Source: Basidiobolus meristosporus CBS 931.73 (lineage: Eukaryota; Fungi; Basidiobolomycota). Taken from it: a stretch of DNA of 49,312 nucleotides. Under the pieces are notes generated by a model. It saw only the letters and a list, made by a program, of their open reading frames with translations. It searched no databases and had not been told where the DNA came from. The first letter of the stretch is position 1; each line of letters opens with the position of its first letter. Position numbers and translations under genes: made by a program. Below, piece by piece: positions 35,912-46,774 of the stretch. The stretch spans positions 1 to 49,312 of the forward strand of contig MCFE01000656.1 of NCBI GenBank assembly GCA_002104905.1, in the 5' to 3' direction.

Positions 35912-38447
35912 ATGCTGGGCCAGGTACGCTTGTTCGGTCGACAGACGCCATTTTTGGTCCGAACCCTCCCCTTCCACAGACACGGAAACCATGGGAATTC
36001 CCGGATTTTCGCTCGTTGGTTTACTGTAAAAACTGACGGTAAGTTGTACGTTCAAACCACACCATTCACCGGGTCCGAAATGCTCACATTATCTTCTCCC
36101 CTTTGTCAAGACCCGCAACTAGCCAAGATCAGGAACATTGGGATTATCGCACATATTGATGCAGGTATGTCGTGTGTGCTAATAGTGAAGGTACCCTTTC
36201 TCACCAGCATTGGACGTAGGCAAAACAACCTCTACTGAACGCATGCTACATTATGCCGGCATGACCAGAAAAATCGGAGGTACTTGACTGCTCTCTTCCT
36301 CAGCAACACACTCTAGCCTTCCTAACATCTCTTTCAAAGATGTCGATGACGGCGATACAGTTATGGACTACATGAAGCAAGAAAAGGAGCGAGGAATCAC
36401 GATTACTTCGGCAGCGATCACGTTTGGCTGGAACGATCATCGTATCAACCTCATCGATACTCCAGGCCACGTCGATTTTACTATGGAGGTGGAACGGAGT
36501 ATTCGAGTCTTGGACGGCGCGGTTACCATCATCGATGGGGTGGCCGGGGTTGAAGCACAGACGGAGACAGTTTGGGCCCAAGCCGATCGGTACAAGGTGC
36601 CCAGAATCGTGTTCATCAACAAGCTGGATAGAATCGGCGCCGGAATCAGCAAAACGCTACGTGACATTGACAGGAAGCTGAATGGGAAGCCCCTGCTATG
36701 CCAATTCCCAGCAATGGGTGATGATGGTCTGGGTGGTGGCTCGGATGCCAACGGAGTTAGCGGCATCGTAGATCTGCTGACGATGGAATATCTGACTTGG
36801 GAGAAGGAAACCATGGGAGCATCGATCAAGAAAACCCCGTTGAGCGAGTCCACAATCAACCCCAGATTCTATGAAGCGGCGTGTCAAGCGCGTGTCAACC
36901 TCGTGGAGGGTTTGTCTGAGATTGACGATGACATCGTGGAGATCTTCCTGGAAAACGAGGACCACATGGCCGTCTCTGAAGCTGATCTGAAGAAGGCCTT
37001 ACGAAAGGCCACCCTCAGTGGTTCCGGAATACCAGTCCTGTGCGGGGCCTCCTTCAAGAATATCGGGGTTCAGCCATTGATGGACGCAGTCATTGACTAC
37101 CTCCCATCGCCTATCGATCGCCCACTTCCGCAAGCCGTCCTGGCCAACGGAGAAATGATCGAAATCCCATTGAAAACCAAGGGAAAGCTGTGCGCCTTGG
37201 CTTTCAAGGTGATTGCTGATCCCAAGAGGGGGCCCATGGTGTTTGTTCGGGTTTACTCGGGAACCCTGCAGAATCGCTCCACTCTGTACAATAGCACAAG
37301 GAAAAGTAAGGAGCGGGTCAACAGACTCTTGCAGATGTACGCCAATGACGTGGAGGAGATTCCAAGTGTTTCCGCAGGAAACATTGGAGTTATCATCGGC
37401 ATGAAAGAGACCCGCACCGGGGACACGATTCTCCTATACAACGACCGCCAAGATGGCATAAGGCTTAAAGGAGTGGAGGTACCGCCTCCGGTCTTCTTCT
37501 GTGCTGTCGAGCCGTACTCCTCTTCGGATGAAAAGTCGGTGGATGAAGCGCTCAAGAGCATCCTTCTGGAAGACCCCTCTCTGCACGTCCATGTTGACGA
37601 GGAGACGGGACAAAACCTGATTAGCGGCATGGGTGAGCTCCATCTTGAAATTGTCAAGGATAGACTGCTCAACGATTTCAAGGTCAACGCGGAGATGGGT
37701 AAAATGAGAATCTCGTACCGTGAAACTGTGACCAGTGAATCCGAGGAGGAGACGCTTTACGATCGGGAAATATTAGGTAAACGCGCGTTGGCTCAGATGA
37801 AGGTGACGGTGAGCCCGCTTTCGGAAGACGACAAAGGAAACGATGAATCAGGCAATCGCATAGAGATTGACCTGAGCGAGGATTCGCTTACTCAGGATGC
37901 TCAACACGAAAGCGCTGACAAAACCATCATTTCCAAGGAGGAGATCTCCGAAGCTATCCGTGAAGGCATCCTCTCCGGGGTTTCCAGGGGACATATCTTG
38001 GGATTCCCCATGACCCGTCTTCAAATCAAAGTCCAAGATATCCGCATGTTTGGCGGTGACACCACCCCCGCTGCCCTACGTGCCTGCGTCAACCAGTGCC
38101 TCTCCAGCGCCGTCGCCAAATCGAACCCTGCTCTGCTTGAGCCTATGATGAAAGTGATCGTCGAGGTTGGAGAGGATCAGGTAGGCAATGTGTTGGGCGA
38201 TTTGACCGGCGTACGCCGTGGTCGGGTAACTGGATTAGATGAGGAGGGCGCGGAAGATAGTAGCGTGACTTCTTACAATAAGAGATCGATCCATGCTGAG
38301 GTCCCACTCTCTTCTATGGTTGGCTACTCTTCAGCATTAAGATCGCTGACTGCTGGTACGGCCACATTCTCAATGCAGCTCGTGGGCTATGGATTGATGA
38401 CTGCTCAGCAGCAAAAGAATGTTGAGTTTGAAATCCGTGGCTACTAG
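35912..38447 (+). CDS. MEF2: Mitochondrial ribosome-recycling EF-G2 (Mef2/GFM2)
   Basis: Presequence, then IRNIGIIAHIDAGKTT, ERGITITSA, NLIDTPGHVDF, NKLDR, GASFKNIGVQPLMDAV, GMGELHLEI and LLEPMM. Confidence 0.93.
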
Positions 38448-38760
38448 TCTATTGCATATTAAATTCTCCACACCTCGCCACCCAGATGAACCACCACACC
38501 AGCCTCATAGAATACATCTCAACAATAAACAATCGGCAGAGTCCAAGCATTACTGAAGCATTCCACTGATTGACCCTGAATTTCCTTTTTGGAATTTAAG
38601 CTAAAGCTGAACTAGCATCGCTGCAACTCACATGCAACCCTAACCCTTACCTCGTTACCATGGCTCCTCAGAATCTAACAGAGATCTTAAGCAATATAGA
38701 TCTCGAGATAGGGGTCGCCTTTCTGGAAGTGGATTGGCTGCCGTGGAGATGTATCAACTG

Positions 38761-38802
38761 TGAGTCAGTTGAACAGAGGACTAGAGCGGTAATCGTGAGT
38801 CA
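38761..38802. promoter_or_regulatory. Two perfect TGAGTCA (Gcn4/CpcA AP-1-type) sites upstream of ARO2
   Basis: TGAGTCA at 38761-38767 and at 38796-38802, 253 and 218 bp before the ARO2 ATG. Confidence 0.6.
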
Positions 38803-39013
38803 CATGAATTCGCCCAGTTTACCATAGCGATCGTCTAGCAGAGGTTTGTTAGGCATGAAAATTCTGAAACTGTAATGCACACTATTGGTTAGAGGATTTT
38901 GTTGAATTCTGCACCTATATAATATTTCTCTATAATTGGAGACATCATCGCTTTTCCTTCCAGGGGCCTCACACACACACGTACATCCACCACACCACAC
39001 CAACAAACCTCAT

Positions 39014-40520
39014 ATGAGTACCTTTGGCTCCATATACCGTGTAACCACCTACGGTGAATCCCACTGCAAAAGCGTAGGCTGTATCATCGATGGCTGCCCT
39101 CCCGGCCTTGCCCTGAACGAAGGCGATATCCAGGCCCAGCTGAGCAGAAGAAGACCCGGTCAAAGCAATCTCACTACTCCGGTATGGCTTGGTTGGCACG
39201 AGGGGGTTTTTCTTTTCGGTGACTTACCTTTTCTATGCTTAGCGTGACGAGAAGGATCGTGTGGAGATCCAGTCCGGAACCGAGTTCGGGGTTACCCTCG
39301 GAACCCCTATTGGCTTGATAGTCCGTAACGAGGACCAACGTCCCCACGACTATTCCGAAACCGACTTGTTCCCAAGACCAAGTCATGCTGACTGGACCTA
39401 CCTCGAGAAGTACGGTCTCAAGGCCAGCAGCGGTGGAGGTAGAGCTTCTGCTCGCGAGACAATCGGTATGGTTATCTTTTGCGTTGTTTCCTTCTCGTTT
39501 GACAGTGCGAGACTGATGTCGAGTGTTCAGGTCGTGTTGCTGCCGGCGCCATTGCTGAGAAGTATCTCAAGCAGGCCTACGGTGTAGAGATCGTTGCCTT
39601 TGTCAGCTCTACCGGACCTATTGGCATGCCTTTCATCCAAGAACAGGCCACCACGGGAGTCTCTGCTGAATACATCCAATTGTTGAACACTTTGACTCGT
39701 GAGCAGGTGGATGCGGATCCTATCCGTTGTCCAGACGCTGCTACTGCCGAGCTGATGAAGCAGGTAAGCGCGTGCCAACCATCCAATTCAATGGCAAACA
39801 ACCCATCTAAACAGCAACAATCTCTAGGAAATCCTAAGAGCCAAGGAGGAGAACGATTCTATCGGTGGTACGGTCACTTGTGTGATCCGTAACGTCCCCA
39901 CTGGTCTGGGTGAGCCCTGCTTCGACAAGTTGGAGGCTAAGCTTGCTCATGCCATGCTCTCCATCCCAGCCACTAAAGGATTCGAGATTGGGTCAGGCTT
40001 CGGCGGTGCTTCCCAGAGAGGCCATATCCACAACGATCCATTCGTGAAGAAGGAAGTCAACGGGAAGTCAACCCTCGGTACCTCCACTAACAACTCTGGT
40101 GGTATTCAAGTAAGTGAGATGTGTCATCACGTGTGTGGGTGTTGCGGGGTGCTAACCACTCTACCCAGGGCGGTATTTCCAACGGGGAAAATATCTATTT
40201 CCGAGTTGCCTTCAAACCTCCGGCCACCATCAGCCAAGAGCAAAGCACCACCAGCTACGGCGGAGTCTCGGGGGTTCTGGCGACCCGCGGTAGACACGAC
40301 CCTTGCGTGGTCCCCAGAGCCGTCCCTATCGTTGAAGCAATGGCCTCATTGGTGATCATGGAGTAAGTTCGCTTGGAGGGGTAGTTCCACATCGATTCAC
40401 CGCTAACCGAGTTTTTCTAGTGCTGTTATGATTCAGAACTCCAGAAAGGCCGCTGCCTCTCTTCTTCCTACCATCCCCATCCATCCCTCTCTTAGGGGAG
40501 TTGATCCCAGCCAACAATAG
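39014..40520 (+). CDS. ARO2: Chorismate synthase
   Basis: [69 protein letters not shown] and [19 protein letters not shown]. Confidence 0.98.
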
Positions 40521-40879
40521 TGAAGCTGATTAACTCGCCGCACAAACCTAGTTATCTTGTACAAACATTGACATTTTTAAACCCACAACCCACAACCCAC
40601 ATCCCATAGCCAATAAAAGATGATGCCAAGATGGAAATTTCCAGTGGGCCGAATGGTCATGCTTTTGGATGATCGTGGACCACGACCACCATTCTCACCC
40701 TCTCGGGTCTTTATCATTCTATATTCAGCGTCAATGTACTCGACCCACCTACCTAATCAATGTGACATATCCCCATCACAACGACGCACTGGGTCTCGAA
40801 AAAATTCATCCGACGCCGACGCTCCTTTTTTAACCGAGATCGTGCATCGCCCGCCTCCCGCCTGTCCTCTTCTCCCAAC

Positions 40880-41390
40880 ATGAGGTCTTGTCAGTTGGCA
40901 TTTCTGCTTTGCTTGTGTATCCTTCTCCACCGTACACTTGCCCAGTCCCCCTCACCAACAACCCGACCATCGGCACGCACAAGCTATGAATACGTGACGG
41001 TTACCGGGCCCGGAACCACTCACACCTCGTTCGTCACCATCACTGATTCCAACACCCCTACCACCAGCACCTCCTCGCAGACTGAGAGCCCGTCCTCGGA
41101 AAGCAGCGAACATTCACACACCAATACCACGGCCATCGCCGCCGGTGTCTCCGTAGGGGGAGGGGTGGTTCTGCTTTGCTGTGGCTTTTTCCTCTTCAGA
41201 CGTTGGAGAAAAAAGGTGATTTCCCTCTCATCTAGTTGTTGAGCTTCTAACCCCCGACTAACAACCGTTTCCCCCACAGTCGAATGGTGATTCCAAGGTC
41301 AATCAACCCATGTCGGACGCCGGGTACTTGCCAGCGGCTCCAGCGCCAAGAGATGGCACCGGGTTCCTGCGAGAGTTGAACGAACTGTAG
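40880..41390 (+). CDS. Small type I membrane protein with an S/T-rich ectodomain
   Basis: Signal-peptide-like start, S/T-rich stretch, TM segment AIAAGVSVGGGVVLLCCGFFLF followed by RRWRKK, one intron, and a short tail ending FLRELNEL. Confidence 0.75.
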
Positions 41391-41846
41391 CCACAGCCCA
41401 GACATACCCAACCCTACTTTCCTCGGGTTTGTTCCTATTTCCGTAACCGTTTATATGCCCTGTGCTGCGCTGCCCCGCCCCGCGAATGGACCAGATGAAG
41501 TGGCCCACTTTCAACTCACCTTGTGTAGCCTGCGCATTTGTTCATATAGTACATATTCCTTTCTCGAGAATGAGGATCGATTCCTCGTTTCCCTCACGCA
41601 GTGCTCGTGAGCATCTAATGGAGAGTAGTGTGAAATAAAGCTCGAGCCGACATACATCGTTTCAATAGAAATATACACTTGGTTTATTCGTTCGGTAGTA
41701 TATGAAGTACATGTGAATCCGTCGTTCGCTGGGCATTCGAGGGAGGGTGTCCTGCCATCGCTTGACGGATCGGAGCCGCTCTCCGCCCCTTATAGGCCGG
41801 TGGCGATGATGGGAGGGAGGGGAGGTCGATTGCGTGTGTCTGTAGA

Positions 41847-43959
41847 CTAGACATCCACTCCGAAATCCCATATCCGGATCTCGTTGTCGTCGCTGCCGGT
41901 GACGATCCGGGTGTCGCTCAGGCCCACGCAACTCACCGGCCCACTGTGCCCGGTCAGCGTGTGCATGCACAGCCCGCTCGACATATCCCACACCTTCACT
42001 GTGCAGTCGTGGGCCCCGCTGACGATGCGCAGCGTGTCGAAGGCTAGACTCCAGACCCCCTCCACGTGGCCAAACATCGTGCGGATGCAGTTTCCGGTGT
42101 TGATCGACCAGGTCCGAATGGTGTTGTCGAGCGCCCCGCTGATCAGGATCGGGCTGTTGTGGGTGTCTTCCGGATGGGTCTGGGACGCAGCGGCCGAGGG
42201 TGCTCCGGTGGGGCGCGCCGGCGATGACGACGAGTTGTCCGAGCTCAGGGAGAAGGCGAAGTTCGCGTGGGAGGCCACCTGGAGACATTGCACCTGCCCG
42301 ATGTGGCCCTTGAAGGTTCGCAGACACGTCTGGGTGGCCAAGTCCCAGTGCTTGATGGTCGTGTCATCCGAGCACGAGAACAGCTGCGTCTTCTGGAAGA
42401 TCGCCACCTTGGTGACCCAGTCGGTGTGGCCGGCCAGCGTCGAGCACTTCCCGGTGCTGAAGTTCCAGATCTTGATGGTGCCGTCGACCGACCCGCTGGC
42501 CAGGGTGGAGCAATCGAAGTGAAGGCACACGATGCCGTTGGTGTGCCCCTCGAGCGTGCGAATGCACTCTCCGGTTCGGTAGTTCCAGATCTTCATCGTG
42601 GCGTCCATCGAGCCGGTGATCAGTTTGCAGGTGTCGAACTGGAGCGCTCGCACGCACCGGCTATGTCCGTCCAACGTTCGGAGCAGCTCTCCGGTCTCGA
42701 TGTCCCAGATCTTGACCGTGTGGTCATACGAGCCGGTGATCAGGTGGGTGTTGTCGAACTGCAGACACATCACCCCGTCCGTGTGGCCCTTCAGGACCTT
42801 GGTGGTGTATATTCCGCGCCGCCAGTTTCTTTCCACTTTGAGTCGCTCGCAGAAGATATCCTTCCAAGGTCGTCGCTGCGGGGGCGGGGGCGGGAGTGGA
42901 GGTCTTGTGGCGCTGCACGGGTCAAGTTTCGAGGGGGGCTCGCCTACGGACTCTGGGCCACTGCCGGGGTCGAACTTATGCTCGCTCTTGACTCGTTCTA
43001 GGAGAAGGTGGGTTATTCGAGATGGTCGAGAGGCGAACAACATGCTGTGGGCAACTTACTTTGGACGATGGGTTCCTCCGACTCCCTCCAACGTTTCTTC
43101 ATGTTCTCCGCCGACTCGGTGATTCGGCTGGGCTCCTTCCATCTCTTTCTGGACTTGCTATCTAACAGCGGGAGTCCCCAGCCGCATTTCCGACATTTCT
43201 TGTCGATGTGCTGAATGCACATGCGGTACCACACGTAGTCATCGTCCGCCAGCTTCTTCCATACCTTCGACACCTGGGCAGCGTGGCATATGGACTTGGC
43301 GTCCAGGAAGGAGAAGATCTTGAGGGAGATCTCCTTGGGTGCCACTGAGATGAAGTCGATTCGGAGGAGCGGGTTGAGGGCAGTCGATAGGTAAGAAAGT
43401 TGTGGGAAGCAGCATTGGGTAAGAAGGCCGCCAAGTATCATTGAGCGGATAGATTGTGGCGCAGAGCCAAAGGTGGACCACACCTGGCTCACTATGGTTT
43501 GCAACTCTTTCGGGAGTTGGTCGAGTTGCTAGATGGGACCAGGTTTAGTGGAGTCCTCGGGAACAAAAGACATACAAGGACGGTTACCATTTGCAAAGCA
43601 TTTAGGGAAGGGCCATCAACTGCCCGCCGTAGATCCGGACGATGCCGATAGCAAGTGTAGGATTCCTTTTCCCGGTGAGGATTCAAGGGGTGTGCGGGAT
43701 GCTGTTTGTGAAAAGCGGTCATGGCCAGTTCTTCGGAGTCCAGGGGCGTTTCCGTCTCATCGAAATTGAAAGGCTTCTGCTTCCCTGGGTGCTCGTCCAA
43801 CTCTTTCGACATGGTCTGACGGGTTTGGGAGAGAAAATAGGTAGATACGAAGGGGTTTGGCTCAGCAAGAATTCTGGCCATGAAGGTAACTTGATCATGG
43901 TATACTCTGCTCATTGGATGGACAGCGAATCCATCCTCGTGTGACAAGAATAGGGACAA
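41847..43959 (-). CDS. MET30: F-box/WD40 sulfur controller (Met30/SconB/Scon-2); start codon uncertain
   Basis: CYRHRPDL, LTQCCFPQLSYL, F-box IDFISVAPKEISLKIFSFLD, MCIQHIDKKCRKCGWGLPLL, RPWKDIFCERLKVERNWRRG, then WD40 repeats. Confidence 0.92.
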
Positions 43960-44974
43960 ATCACGCCATTCATCAACCTAATTCTTGAATTCCCGGCCAT
44001 TTTTGGTAGATTTACGGATTATGGAAGCCGAGAAATTAACGAGCCACCCTCCACATTTTCCCGCCAAAGCCTCTCTTTGCTGTTTGTATCACCACTGGGT
44101 GCTGAATACTGGGTGTTGGCAGATGCTCCCATAGCCCGCATGCTGTGTCAACCAAGATTCCATCTTGATTGTTGCTAAATTTTCTGCTCTTCATATAGCA
44201 CGATTCCCTTTCAATCTATTAGTTTAATATTTGATACTCTTGAAAGATCGCGATGCTGCTCTTAGGCCATCAACTGCAGCTGCGGGTGAAGCAAATTTGA
44301 TTAAGCCCACAATTTTAGTTCCAAATGGTGGTGTGAATATTGGGTTGAGTGAGAGCATTGCCAATGACTTGTATATGATTCTGTACTCGCTTCAACCCCG
44401 TAAATCCCAGCCAAATAGCCAATTTCAAGATCGTCCTATTCACCCAAAAGCTCTTGGCTGCTTATCTGCCTAACCTCGGGACTTTTCGGGGTGGCTAGCT
44501 CTCAAGCACGGGAAGGCGTCTCAAGTTAAATGGGTGATTGCAAGGCTTAGGAAATCTGGCCTCACAATTGATCATGTAAGGTTATGGAAATAGGTGTGCC
44601 AAGTTAGGACCTAAGTAATGCTCCATATTCTTTGCGCAAAATCTTAAGCCATTAGGTGCTACACAATGCTTCTACCATTCTGACAATTAGTCAATGCATC
44701 TAATCCTCAACTATTTCAAGTCTCTTGCTGAGTTCTTTGGTGAAATGAACTTATGATAGTGGTGATTTATGTTAAATGTATCTGAATGAAGAGAACCCAC
44801 TCTTAGCCTTAAACTTCTCTGCTATATTTCTGCTCAATGTTGATAGGCATATACTGCACTAAGATACATGGCTGAGTAATATCACCTTCAGCTGAGATAT
44901 ACCAAGATGAATGAGTGGTATCTTGTTAAATGCAAAATGCAGACTGGTGATCTTGCTCAGGGTTAGGGCTGCCT

Positions 44975-45085
44975 TGTTGGAAAACTTGTAATTACTCCTA
45001 AATATTCACCTAGCTTAGTCATTTAGATCATAACCTACAAATCTAAGATAGTACTGACTAAATTTCTTGTTGGGTTTTACTTAAT
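44975..45085 (+). repeat. 5' fragment of a copia-family LTR
   Basis: TGTTGGAAAACTTGTAATT...AAATATTCACCTAGCTTAGTCATTTAGATCA matches the start of the LTR at 46142. Confidence 0.75.
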
Positions 45086-45119
45086 CACTTCAGCACTACT
45101 AGGTGGGAGGTCCAAGCAG

Positions 45120-45300
45120 ATTATAAATAGCCCCAATTACTATATCATTGAGGGTACAAACTTGGACTATGCCTATTCAGTCCTTATTGATGATCCTCAG
45201 ATTGTAAATAAGACTGTAAATAGCCCTAAGACAGAGCTTTGGAGATCTGCAATGACCAAGGAGTATTGGGCACTGATGAAAAATCAAACTTGGGACTTGG
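45120..45300 (+). mobile_element. Degenerate internal fragment of the same copia family (region just upstream of RT)
   Basis: Similar to the reverse complement of about 48600-48780 (ATAGCCC..AATTACTATATC...TGGAGATCTGCAA...AAAATCAAACTTGGGACTT). Confidence 0.8.
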
Positions 45301-45318
45301 GCCACTTAACAATCAGCC

Positions 45319-45881
45319 TGTTGTAAGAGTCTGGGAGATATTGGAAGTGATTTGGAGTACAAGTAGATTATGTGGTTTCCACTTAATGATTTATTGATAG
45401 TATATACAAGCATAAAGAGTAGGTCTAGAAAGGTCTCAAGAGCATGTATGCAAAGTTTGGGGCTGTTTGGACAGCGTATTGAACTTTCATGTTCTGGGTA
45501 CCCATTGTTTTGATGAGAATATTCTAAGTAAATCCCAACAAGGAACTTGGTCAGCTATTTTCTAAGATTTGTAGGTAAAGATCCAAGTGCCTAAGTTGGG
45601 TGAATATTTAGGTAGAATTACAAACTTTTACAGCAATCCCACTCAACTTAATGTTCATACTGACTAGTCCAAATTTTGACCTAAAATACTCACATTTGTC
45701 TTCAGCTAATGGTTTGGTAAATATGTTTGCAATCATTTCATCTGTAGAGCACTTAACTAAGTCAACCAAGTTATTCCCTATAGCTTCACATATGAAATGA
45801 GGTCTAATATCTATGTGCTTAGTTCTAGTATGAGAAGTTGGATTTATACATAAATGTAGACATCCTTGATTATCTTGAAAT
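45319..45881 (-). mobile_element. Truncated copia 3' end: RNase H remnant, PPT and 3' LTR (45319-45635)
   Basis: Colinear, diverged copy of about 46775-47370, with PPT GAGTGGGAT abutting the LTR. Confidence 0.85.
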
Positions 45882-46141
45882 TAACACCAAGAAAAATAAT
45901 TTGGCCCTGCAGGTGGAGCCAATCTAGATCAGCCATCAGGATCTCATCAGGAGACTGTTGTTATACCAGCAGCTTGGAATTAATGACCCTTTGCACAATC
46001 TTATGATGGGATCACAATGGCATTTGGGTAATTTTACCACCAGATGGAGTTAAAAATATTGGGGTGTTTGGATGGTGTTTTGCCAAGGGTGGCATGCCAT
46101 TGTTGCAGCCTTTGTGTGCTCTACAACTATTTGGGTGGATC

Positions 46142-46499
46142 TCTTGTAAAATTTGAATTTCCACCTAAATATTCACCTAGCTTAGTCACTTAGATCAATA
46201 CCTTCAAGTCCTAGAGAATACTGACCAAATTCCTTGTCGGGATTTACTTAGAATATTTTCACCAATATACCAGGTATCCAGAACATGGAAATTCTCAAAG
46301 TTGTCCAAGCAGCCCCAAACTTTACACACATGTTCTTGGGACCTTCCTTAACCTATTCCACATGTTTGCTATGCCAAGACCATGTAAAAGTATGCATACT
46401 ACTTACATTCAATAAATCATTAAGTGAAAACCACATATTCTACTTGTTCTCCCAATCACTTCCAATATCTCCAAAACTCTTACAACAGGTTATGAGCCC
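46142..46499 (+). mobile_element. Copia 5' LTR (46142-46487) with primer-binding site GGTTATGAGCCC (46488-46499)
   Basis: A 346-bp LTR ending TTACAACA, highly similar to the reverse complement of 46775-47123. The PBS follows immediately. Confidence 0.88.
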
Positions 46500-46575
46500 C
46501 AAGCTGTCACTCTCTGCAATGTCTACTACTGCTATTACTGGAATTTTTCCCTCTGCTGAAAAGTTGGATGGATCT

Positions 46576-46774
46576 TGTTGTAATTATTAGGTTGTCACCA
46601 AAATATTCATGCTAATTTAGTCACATAGACCTTACTCTTTGATTAGCATTTTGTCCAGATCAAACTTCTTGTTGGGATTTACTTAGAAAATTTTCACCAA
46701 ATTATCAGGTACCCAGATTATGATCTTTCTCAAAGTTATCCAAAAGCCCCCAAACTTTGCACACATGTTCTTGG
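46576..46774 (+). repeat. 5' portion of a more divergent related LTR, interrupted by the minus-strand element
   Basis: Starts TGTTGTAA and shares CTTGTTGGGATTTACTTAGAA and CCCCAAACTTTGCACACATGTTCTTGG with the other LTRs. Confidence 0.75.

Noticed and set aside
38636-38650. Telomere-like CCCTAA/TTAGGG words (also near 6747, 30705 and 44961)
   Set aside because: Only one or two units each, consistent with chance or splice-site sequence.
42998-43059. Apparent frameshift between the MET30 F-box and WD40 ORFs
   Set aside because: Explained by a 62-nt GTAAGT...TAG intron that restores frame.
41662-43122. Several long overlapping ORFs on both strands over MET30 (and similar ones over the CHS genes and MEF2)
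   Set aside because: Shadow ORFs from GC-rich codon usage, with no recognisable motifs.
45890-46140. Segment between LTRs that might be another transposon fragment
   Set aside because: No convincing transposase, integrase or RT motif in any frame.
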